Assembly: GCF_009914755.1 (NCBI RefSeq)
Contig: NC_060948.1
DNA length: 64,000 nucleotides
From: the human T2T-CHM13v2.0 reference genome, Homo sapiens
Reading direction: 5' to 3' (one strand)
The notes beneath the pieces are model-generated. The model was not told the DNA's origin, did no database searches, and worked only from the letters and a program-made list of their open reading frames with translations. A program made the translations under genes and the position numbers. Below, one piece after another: positions 53,288 to 64,000 of the stretch (its first letter is position 1; every line of letters starts with the position of its first letter).

Positions 53288-56200
53288 TTAGAATATAATG
53301 AACTTTAATGGAATGTACTCGAATGGATTCGACTGGAATGGAATGTTCTGGAAGTGAATGGACTCCAATGGAATGGATTCCAAAGGAATGGAATCGTACG
53401 GAATGGAATCTCATGGAATGGAATTAAATGGAAATGAATCAAATTGAATAGCACGGAATTGAATTGAATGGAATGGAATGCAATGGAATCTAATGAAACG
53501 GAAAGGAAAGGAATGCAATGGAATGGAATGGGCTGGAATGGAAAGGAATCGAAACGAATGGAATGGAATCGAACTGAAGAGACTGGAATGGAAAGCACTG
53601 GAATGGAAGGGAGTGTAATGGAAGGTTCTCGAAAAAAATGGAATCGAATGGAATGCAATTGAATGGAACGGAATAGAGTCGAATGCAATTGAATGGAATG
53701 GAATGGACTAGAGTGAAATGGAATCGAACCACAAGGAATGGACAGGAATAGAATGGTCTCGAATTGAATGGAATCGTATGGAATGGCATCAAACGAAATG
53801 GAATGGACAGCCACGGAATGGAATGCACTCGAATGCAATGGAGTCGAAACTAATGGACTGGAATAGAATGGACTCGACTGGTAAGGACTCCAATGGAATG
53901 GAATCGAATGGAAGGGAAACGAACGGAATGGACTCGAAGGGAAAAGACTGCAATGGAAAGGTCTCGAATGGAATGGAAATTAATGGAATGGAATGGAATC
54001 CAATGAAATGGAGTCAAAAGGAATGGAATCGAATGGCAAGAAATCGAATGTAATGGAATCGCAAGGAATTGATGTGAACGGAACGGAATGGAATGGAATC
54101 CAAAGGAATGGAATAGAATGGAATGGAATCGAATGGAAAGGACTCGAATGGAAATCACTCAAATAGAATGAAATTTAATAAAATGGGATCAAATGTAATG
54201 GAATGGAATGGAAAGGAATCGAAACGAAAGGAATGGAGACAGATGGAATGGAATGGAACTGAGAGCAATGGTATAGAATGGAATGGAATCATCTGGAATG
54301 GAATTGAATGGAATGGAATAATATGAAATGGAATGGAATGGAATGGAATGCCCTTGAATTAAATGGGCTGGAATGGAATGGACTCCAACAGAGTGGAATG
54401 GAAAGTGTTGAGATAGCATGGAATGGACTCCTTTGGAATGGTCTAGTATGCAATGCAATCGACTGGCAGGGAATCAAAAGGAATGTAATCGAATGGATTG
54501 GACTGGAATGCAATGGACTCGAATAGATTGGAAACGGAATGCAAAGGAATGGAATGGAATAGTATGGAATGGAATGGAAAGGAATGGAGTGGAATAGACT
54601 AGAGTGGAATGGAATGGACTCGAAAGCAATGGACTGGAATGGAACTTTCTTGAATGGACTGGAATCAAACGGAATGGAATGCAATGCAATCAAATGGCAT
54701 GGAATAAGATAGAATGAAAGAGAATCAAATGGAATTGAATGGAATGGAATCGAATGGATTGGAAAGGAATAGAATGGAATGGAATGGAATTGACTCAAAT
54801 GGAATGGACTAGAATGGAATGGATTCGAATGGAAGGCAAAGGAATGGAATCTATTGGAATGGACTGTAATGGAATGCAATGAAAGGGATTGGAATGGACT
54901 CGAATGGAATGGACTGCAATAGAAAGGATTCGAATGGAATGAAAAAGAATTGAATGGAATAGAACAGAATGGAATCAAATCGAATGAAATGGAATGGAAT
55001 AGAAAGGAATGGAATGAAATGGAATGGAAAGGATTCGAATGGAATGCAATCAAATGGAATGGAATCGAACGGAATGGAATAAAATGGAAGAAAACTGGCA
55101 AGAAATGGAATCGAAATGAATGGAGTGTTATGGAATGGACTCAAAAGGAATTGAATGTAATAGAATGGAGTGGAGTGGACTCGAGTATAATGGACTGGAA
55201 TGGAATGAAATCACACGGAATGGGAACGAATGGAATGGAATGGAAAGGAATGGAATCGAATGGAAAGGAATCGAATGGAAGGGAATGAAATTGAATCAAC
55301 AGGAATGGAAGGGAATAGAATAGACGGTAATGGAATGGACTCGAATAGAATGGACACGAATGCTCAAATTGAATGGACTCGAATGGAATGGAAAGGAAAG
55401 GAATGTCATCGAATGGAATTGAATCGATTGGAATGATATCGCATAGAATGGAGTAGAATCAAATGGAATTGAATCGAAAAGAAAGGAAGCGAATGGACTG
55501 AAATGAAATGGAATGGAATTGAATGGAAAGTAATGCAATGGAATAGAATGGAACGAAATTTCACGGAATGGAATCAAACTGAATGGAATCAAATCAATAG
55601 AATCAAATCAAATGGAATGGAAAGGAATTGAATGGAGTAGATTGGATTGGATGGGATTGGAATGAAATGTACTGGAAAGGACTCGAATTTCATGAAACGG
55701 AATGGAATGAATTGGAACGGAATGGACTCGAATGGAATGGAATGTCATGGAATGGAATCAAATGGAATGGCATCAAATGGAATGGAATCGAATGCAATGG
55801 AATGCTATGGAATGGAATGGAATGCATTGGAATGGAATGTCCTCTAATGGAATGGATTCGAGTGGAATGGAATCGAATATAATGGAATCGAATGAAATGG
55901 AATTAAAAGAATGGGATCGAATACAATGGAATATACTGGAATGTAATGTAATGAACTCGAATGTAATTGACTGGAATGGAATGTACATGAATGGAATGTA
56001 ATCGAATGGAAAGTAATCCAATGGAATAGAATCTAATGCAATAAAATCGACTCAGATAGAGTAGAATGTAATGGAATGGAGTGCAGTGCAATGGAATGGA
56101 ATGGAATGCAATGGAATGGAATGGAATGGAATTGGATGGGATGGAATGGTATGGAATGGATAGTAATGGACTGGAAAGGAATGGACTCAAATTGAAAGGG

Positions 56201-56810
56201 CTCGAAAGGAATGGAGACAAATGGAATGGTCTGGAATGGAATGAACACGAATGTAATGCAATCCAATAGAATGGAGTCGAATGGCAGGGAATATAAAGAA
56301 ATGGAATCGAAGAGAATGGAAACAAATGGAATGGAATTGAATGGAATGGAATTGAATGGAATGGGAACGAATGGAGTGAAATTGTATGCAGTAGAAGAGA
56401 ATAGAATGGAATGCAAGCGAAAGGAAAGGAATGGATTGGAATGGAATGGAATTCATTGGAATGGAAGGGAATGTAGTGTAATGGACAGGCCTGGAATAAA
56501 GTGGAATGCTACGGTCTTGAATGGAATAAAAATGTATGGAATGGAATGCAATGAAACGGAATCGAATGTCATAGAATGTAATGCAATGCAAAAAAATGGA
56601 ATCCAAAATCATTGACTGGAAAGTCTGGGTGTCGAAAGGAATTGACTCCAATGGAATGGAATCGAATGGAATGGAAGTGAATAGAATCAAACTAAATCGA
56701 ATGGAATGGAATTGATAGGAACGGAATGGAAAGGAATGCAATGATTTGGCATGGAATGGAATCGAATGTCTTCAAATGGAATGGAATGGAATGCAATGGA
56801 ATGGAATGTA
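53288..56810 (+). repeat. DYZ1 unit 16 (3523 bp, subtype B)
   Basis: B markers; 1-bp deletion at about 55904; deletions at 56090-56175. Confidence 0.9.
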
Positions 56811-59800
56811 TTAGAATGTAATGAACTTTAATGGAATATACTCGAATGGATTCGACTGGAATGGAATGTTCTGGAAGTGAATGGACTCCAATGGAATGGA
56901 TTCAAAAGGAATGGAATCGTACGGAATGGAATCTAATGGAATGGAATTAAATGGAAATGAATCAAATTGAATAGCATGGAATTGAATTGAATGGAATGGA
57001 ATGCAATGGAATCTAATGAAACGGAAAGGAAAGGAATGCAATGGAATGGAATGGGCTGGAATGGAAAGGAATCGAAACGAATGGAATGGAATCGAACTGA
57101 AGAGACTGGAATGGAAAGCACTGGAATGGAAGGGAGTGTAATGGAAGGTTCTCGAAAAAAATGGAATCGAATGGAATGCAATTGAATGGAACGGAATAGA
57201 GTCGAATGCAATTGAATGGAATGGAATGGACTAGAGTGAAATGGAATCGAACCACAAGGAATGGACAGGAATAGAATGGTCTCGAATTGAATGGAATCGT
57301 ATGGAATGGCATCAAACGGAATGGAATGGACAGCCACGGAATGGAATGCACTCGAATGCAATGGAGTCGAAACTAATGGACTGGAATAGAATAGACTCGA
57401 CTGGTAAGGACTCCAATGGAATGGAATCGAATGGAAGGGAAACGAACGGAATGGACTCGAAGGGAAAAGACTGCAATGGAAAGGTCTCGAATGGAATGGA
57501 AATTAATGGAATGGAATGGAATCGAATGAAATGGAGGCAAAAGGAATGGAATCGAATGGCAAGAAATCGAATGTAATGGAATCGCAAGGAATTGATGTGA
57601 ACGGAACGGAATGGAATGGAATCCAAAGGAATGGAATAGAATGGAATGGAATCGAAAGGAAAGGACTCGAATGGAAATCACTCGAATAGAATGAAATTTA
57701 ATAAAATAGGATCAAATGTAATGGAATGGAATGGAAAGGAATCGAAACGAAAGGAATGGAGACAGATGGAATGGAATGGAACACAGAGCAATGGTATAGA
57801 ATGGAATGGAATCATCTGGAATGGAATTGAATGGAATGGAATAATATGAAATGGAATGGAATGAAATGGAATGCCCTTGAATTAAATGGACTGGAATGGA
57901 ATGGACTCCAACAGAGTGGAATGGAAAGTGTTGAGATAGAATGGAATGGACTCCTTTGGAATGGTCTAGTATGCAATGCAATCGACTGGCAGGGAATCAA
58001 AAGGAATGTAATCGAATGGATTGGACTGGAATGCAATGGACTCGAATAGATTGGAAACGGAATGCAAAGGAATGGAATGGAATAGTATGGAATGGAATGG
58101 AAAGGAATGGAGTGGAATAGACTAGAGTGGAATGGAATGGACTCGAAAGCAATGGACTGGAATGGAACTTTCTTGAATGGACTGGAATCAAACGGAATGG
58201 AATGCAATGCAATCAAATGACATGGAATAAGATAGAATGAAAGAGAATCAAATGGAATTGAATCGAATGGAATCGAATGGATTGGAAAGGAATAGAATGG
58301 AATGGAATGGAATTGACTCAAATGGAATGGACTAGAATGGAATGGATTCGAATGGAAGGCAAAGGAATGGAATCTATTGGAATGGACTGTAATGGAATGC
58401 AATGGAAGGGATTGGAATGGACTCGAATGGAATGGACTGCAATAGAAAGGATTCGAATGGAATGAAAAAGAATTGAATGGAATAGAACAGAATGGAATCG
58501 AATCGAATGAAATGGAATGGAATAGAAAGGAATGGAATGAAATGGAATGGAAAGGATTCGAATGGAATGCAATCGAATGGAATGGAATCGAACGGAATGG
58601 AATAAAATGGAAGAAAACTGGCAAGAAATGGAATCGAAATGAATGGAGTGTTATGGAACGGACTCAAAAGGAATTGAATGTAATAGAATGGAGTGGAGTG
58701 GACTCGAATATAATGGACTGGAATGGAATGAAATCACATGGAATGGGAACGAATGGAATGGAATGGAAAGGAATGGAATCGAATGGAAAGGAATCGAATG
58801 GAAGGGAATGAAATTGAATCAACAGGAATGGAAGGGAATAGAATAGACGGTAATGGAATGGACTCGAATAGAATGGACACGAATGCTCAAATTGAATGGA
58901 CTCGAATGGAATGGAAACGAAAGGAATGTCATCGAATGGAATTGAATCGATTGGAATGAAATCACATAGAATGGAGTGGAATCAAATGGAATTGAATCGA
59001 AAGGAAAGGAAGCGAATGGACTGAAATGAAATGGAATGGAATTGAATGGAAAGTAATGCAATGGAATAGAATGGAACGAAATTTCACGGAACGGAATCAA
59101 ACTGAATGGAATCAAATCAATGGATTCTAATCAAATGGAATGGAAAGGAATTGAAGGGAGTAGATTGGATTGGATGGGATTGGAATGAAATGTACTGGAA
59201 AGGACTCGAATTTCATGAAACGGAATGGAATGAATTGGAACGGAAGGGACTCGAATGGAATGGAATGTCATGGAATGGCATCAAATGGAATGGCATCAAA
59301 TGGAATGGAATCGAATGCAATGGAATGTTATGGAATGGAATGGAATGCATTGGAATGGAATGTCCTCTAATGGAATGGATTCGAGTGGAATGGAATCGAA
59401 TATAATGGAGTCGAATGAAATGGAATTGAAAAGAATGGGATCGAATACAATGGAATATACTGGAATGAAATGTAATGAACTCGAATGTAATTGACTGGAA
59501 TGGAATGTACATGAATGGAATGTAATCGAATGGAAAGTAATCCAATGGAATAGAATCTAATGCAATAAAATCGACTCAGATACAGTAGAATGTAATGGAA
59601 TGGAGTGCAGTGCAATGGAATGGAATGGAATGGAATGCAATGGAATGGAATGGAATGGAATGGAATGGGATGGAATGGTATGGAATGGATAGTAATGGAC
59701 TGGAGTGAAATGGACTGGAAAGGGATGGACTCAAATTGAAAGGGCTCGAAAGGAATGGAGACAAATGGAATGGTCTGGAATGGAATGAACACGAATGTAA

Positions 59801-60354
59801 TGCAATCCAATAGAATGGAGTCGAATGGCAGGGAATATAAAGAAATGGAATCGAAGAGAATGGAAACAAATGGAATGGAATTGAATGGAATGGAATTGAA
59901 TGGAATGGGAACGAATGGAGTGAAATTGTATGCAGTAGAAGAGAATAGAATGGAATGCAAGCGAAAGGAAAGGAATGGATTGGAATGGAATGGAATTCAT
60001 TGGAATGGAAGGGAATGTAGTGTAATGGACAGGCCTGGAATAAAGTGGAATGCTACGGTCTTGAATGGAATAAAAATGTATGGAATGGAATGCAATGAAA
60101 CGGAATCGAATGTCATAGAATGTAATGCAATGCAAAAAAATGGAATCCAAAATCATTGACTGGAAAGTCTGGGTGTCGAAAGGAATTGACTCCAATGGAA
60201 TGGAATCGAATGGAATGGAAGTGAATAGAATCAAACGAAATCGAATGGAATGGAATTGATAGGAACGGAATGGAAAGGAATGCAATGATTTGGCATGGAA
60301 TGGAATCGAATGTCTTCAAATGGAATGGAATGGAATGCAATGGAATGGAATGTA
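56811..60354 (+). repeat. DYZ1 unit 17 (3544 bp, subtype B)
   Basis: Landmark to landmark; B markers present. Confidence 0.9.
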
Positions 60355-63300
60355 TTAGAATGTAATGAACTTTAATGGAATATACTCGAATGGATTCGAC
60401 TGGAATGGAATGTTCTGGAAGTGAATGGACTCCAATGGAATGGATTCAAAAGGAATGGAATCGTACGGAATGGAATCTAATGGAATGGAATTAAATGGAA
60501 ATGAATCAAATTGAATAGCACGGAATTGAATTGAATGGAATGGAATGCAATGGAATCTAATGAAACGGAAAGGAAAGGAATGCAATGGAATGGAATGGGC
60601 TGGAATGGAAAGGAATCGAAACGAATGGAATGGAATCGAACTGAAGAGACTGGAATGGAAAGCACTGGAATGGAAGGGAGTGTAATGTAAGGTTCTCGAA
60701 AAAAATGGAATCGAATGGAATGCAATTGAATGGAACGGAATAGAGTCGAATGGAATTGAATGGAATGGAATGGACTAGAGTGAAATGGAATCGAACCACA
60801 AGGAATGGACAGGAATAGAATGGTCTCGAATTGAATGGAATCGTATGGAATGGCATCAAACGGAATGGAATGGACAGCCACGGAATGGAATGCACTCGAA
60901 TGCAATGGAGTCGAAACTAATGGACTGGAATAGAATAGACTCGACTGGTAAGGACTCCAATGGAATGGAATCGAATGGAAGGGAAACGAACGGAATGGAC
61001 TCGAAGGGAAAAGACTGCAATGGAAAGGTCTCGAATGGAATGGAAATTAATGGAATGGAATGGAATCGAATGAAATGGAGGCAAAAGGAATGGAATCGAA
61101 TGGCAAGAAATCGAATGTAATGGAATCGCAAGGAATTGATGTGAACGGAACGGAATGGAATGGAATCCAAAGGAATGGAATAGAATGGAATGGAATCGAA
61201 AGGAAAGGACTCGAATGGAAATCACTCGAATAGAATGAAATTTAATAAAATAGGATCAAATGTAATGGAATGGAATGGAAAGTAATCGAAACGAAAGGAA
61301 TGGAGACAGATGGAATGGAATGGAACACAGAGCAATGGTATAGAATGGAATGGAATCATCTGGAATGGAATTGAATGGAATGGAATAATATGAAATGGAA
61401 TGGAATGAAATGGAATGCCCTTGAATTAAATGGACTGGAATGGAATGGACTCCAACAGAGTGGAATGGAAAGTGTTGAGATAGAATGGAATGGACTCCTT
61501 TGGAATGGTCTAGTATGCAATGCAATCGACTGGCAGGGAATCAAAAGGAATGTAATCGAATGGATTGGACTGGAATGCAATGGACTCGAATAGATTGGAA
61601 ACGGAATGCAAAGGAATGGAATGGAATAGTATGGAATGGAATGGAAAGGAATGGAGTGGAATAGACTAGAGTGGAATGGAATGGACTCGAAAGCAATGGA
61701 CTGGAATGGAACTTTCTTGAATGGACTGGAATCAAACGGAATGGAATGCAATGCAATCAAATGACATGGAATAAGATAGAATGAAAGAGAATCAAATGGA
61801 ATTAAATCGAATGGAATCGAATGGATTGGAAAGGAATAGAATGGAATGGAATGGAATTGACTCAAATGGAATGGACTAGAATGGAATGGATTCGAATGGA
61901 AGGCAAAGGAATGGAATCTATTGGAATGGACTGTAATGGAATGCAATGGAAGGGATTGGAATGGACTCGAATGGAATGGACTGCAATAGAAAGGATTCGA
62001 ATGGAATGAAAAAGAATTGAATGGAATAGAACAGAATGGAATCAAATCGAATGAAATGGAATGGAATAGAAAGGAATGGAATGAAATGGAATGGAAAGGA
62101 TTCGAATGGAATGCAATCGAATGGAATGGAATCGAACGGAATGGAATAAAATGGAAGAAAACTGGCAAGAAATGGAATCGAAATGAATGGAGTGTTATGG
62201 AACGGACTCAAAAGGAATTGAATGTAATAGAATGGAGTGGAGTGGACTCGAATATAATGGACTGGAATGGAATGAAATCACATGGAATGGGAACGAATGG
62301 AATGGAATGGAAAGGAATGGAATCGAATGGAAAGGAATCGAATGGAAGGGAATGAAATTGAATCAACAGGAATGGAAGGGAATAGAATAGACGGTAATGG
62401 AATGGACTCGAATAGAATGGACACGAATGCTCAAATTGAATGGACTCGAATGGAATGGAAACTAAAGGAATGTCATCGAATGGAATTGAATCGATTGGAA
62501 TGAAATCACATAGAATGGAGTGGAATCAAATGGAATTGAATCGAAAGGAAAGGAAGCGAATGGACTGAAATGAAATGGAATGGAATTGAATGCAAAGTAA
62601 TGCAATGGAATAGAATGGAACGAAATTTCACGGAACGGAATCAAACTGAATGGAATCAAATCAATGGAATCTAATCAAATGGAATGGAAAGGAATTGAAT
62701 GGAGTAGATTGGATTGGATGGGATTGGAATGAAATGTACTGGAAAGGACTCGAATTACATGAAACGGAATGGAATGAATTGGAACGGAAGGGACTCGAAT
62801 GGAATGGAATGTCATGGAATGGCATCAAATGGAATGGCATCAAATGGAGTGGAATCGAATGCAATGGAATGTTATGGAATGGAATGGAATGCATTGGAAT
62901 GGAATGTCCTCTAATGGAATGGATTCGAGTGGAATGGAATCGAATATAATGGAGTCGAATGAAATGGAATTGAAAAGAATGGGATCGAATACAATGGAAT
63001 ATACTGGAATGAAATGTAATGAACTCGAATGTAATTGACTGGAATGGAATGTACATGAATGGAATGTAATCGAATGGAAAGTAATCCAATGGAATAGAAT
63101 CTAATGCAATAAAATCGACTCAGATACAGTAGAATGTAATGGAATGGAGTGCAGTGCAATGGAATGGAATGGAATGGAATGGAATGGGATGGAATGGGAT
63201 GGAATGGATAGTAATGGACTGGAGTGAAATGGACTGGAAAGGAATGGACTCAAATTGAAAGGGCTCGAAAGGAATGGAGTCAAATGGAATGGTCTGGAAT

Positions 63301-63873
63301 GGAATGAACACGAATGTAATGCAATCCAATAGAATGGAATCGAATGGCATGGAATATAAAGAAATGGAATCGAAGAGAATGGAAACAAATGGAATGGAAT
63401 TGAATGGAATGGAATTGAATGGAATGGGAACGAATGGAGTGAAATTGTATGCAGTAGAAGGGAATAGAATGGAATGCAAGCGAAAGGAAAGGAATGGATT
63501 GGAATGGAATGGAATTCATTGGAATGGAAGGGAATGTAGTGTAATGGACAGGCCTGGAATAAAGTGGAATGCTACGGTCTCGAATGGAATAAAAATGTAT
63601 GGAATGGAATGCAATGAAACGGAATCGAATGTCATAGAATGTAATGGAATGCAAAAAAATGGACTCCAAAATCATTGACTGGAAAGGCTGGGTGTCGAAA
63701 GGAATTGACTCCAATGGAATGGAATCGAATGGAATGGAAGTGAATAGAATCGAACTAAATCGAATGGAATGGAATTGATAGGAACGGAATGGAAAGGAAT
63801 GCAATGATTTGGCATGGAATGGAATCGAATGGCATCGAATGGAATGGAATGGAATGCAATGGAATGGAATGTA
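60355..63873 (+). repeat. DYZ1 unit 18 (3519 bp, subtype B); unit 19 begins at 63874
   Basis: Near-copy of unit 17 up to about 63130. Confidence 0.9.
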
Positions 63874-64000
63874 TTAGAATGTAATGAACTTTAATGGAAT
63901 GTACTCGAATGGATTCGACTGGAATGGAATGTTCTGGAAGTGAATGGACTCCAATGGAATGGATTCAAAAGGAATGGAATCGTACGGAATGGAATCTAAT

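Larger units (their letters stand above)
1..64000 (+). repeat. DYZ1: Human satellite 3 (GGAAT/ATTCC)n array, DYZ1 family (Yq12 heterochromatin), about 18 tandem 3.55-kb units
   Basis: Degenerate GGAAT pentamers run from end to end. The landmark TTAGAATRTAATGAACTTTAATG recurs at 40, 3619, 7198, 10752, 14306, 17845, 21389, 24937, 28481, 32005, 35559, 39093, 42637, 46185, 49739, 53288, 56811, 60355 and 63874. One GGCC (in GACAGGCCT, e.g. 3296, 6875) per unit with GAATTC about 40 bp upstream (3257). This matches the classical ~3.5 kb HaeIII/EcoRI DYZ1 unit as I recall it; no alignment was run. Confidence 0.95.

Noticed and set aside
40-63804. Hundreds of ORFs up to 313 aa (MEWNG- and HSIPF-rich), e.g. 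951-1883 and 29348-30289 on the minus strand
   Set aside because: Pure GGAAT/ATTCC has no stop codon in any frame, so long overlapping ORFs on both strands are expected. They gain and lose stops and frames freely between units and show no domain or coding signature.
1-64000. CRISPR-like repeat/spacer array or a repeat-encoded novel system
   Set aside because: No constant repeat alternating with unique spacers and no associated genes; all sequence derives from the pentamer.
1-64000. Alu, L1, DYZ2 (HSat1B) insertion or strand inversion
   Set aside because: No GC-rich, AT-only or CATTC-oriented segment was seen, and landmark spacing is continuous at 3.52-3.58 kb.
1-64000. HSat2, alpha satellite, telomeric repeat or G-quadruplex array
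   Set aside because: Lacks the HSat2 CATTCGATTC/ATGATG 23-26 bp periodicity, 171-bp monomers and TTAGGG. G-runs are mostly GG, without clustered GGG tracts.

Overview
The whole 64 kb window is one uninterrupted, single-orientation array of degenerate (GGAAT)n pentamers (human satellite 3). It is organised as about 18 head-to-tail copies of a 3519-3579 bp unit (mean about 3546 bp). Unit length, the one HaeIII/StuI site per unit (GACAGGCCT) and the nearby EcoRI site identify it as the DYZ1 repeat of human Yq12 heterochromatin, with the G-rich strand as +. I saw no genes, RNA genes, Alu/L1/DYZ2 insertions, inversions or CRISPR arrays. Every ORF in the track is a translation artefact of the pentamer (MEWNG / HSIPF). 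I found no evidence of a new coding or mobile system. The informative structure lies in the variants between units: two subtypes (A on the left, B on the right, interleaved at about 21-43 kb), recent one-unit tandem duplications, 4- and 5-unit-offset duplications, a short conversion-like patch, two locally divergent tracts including a same-strand G>T cluster, a conserved pentamer-phase pattern, and three perfect in-phase heat-shock elements per unit. All comparisons were made by eye and need alignment to confirm.
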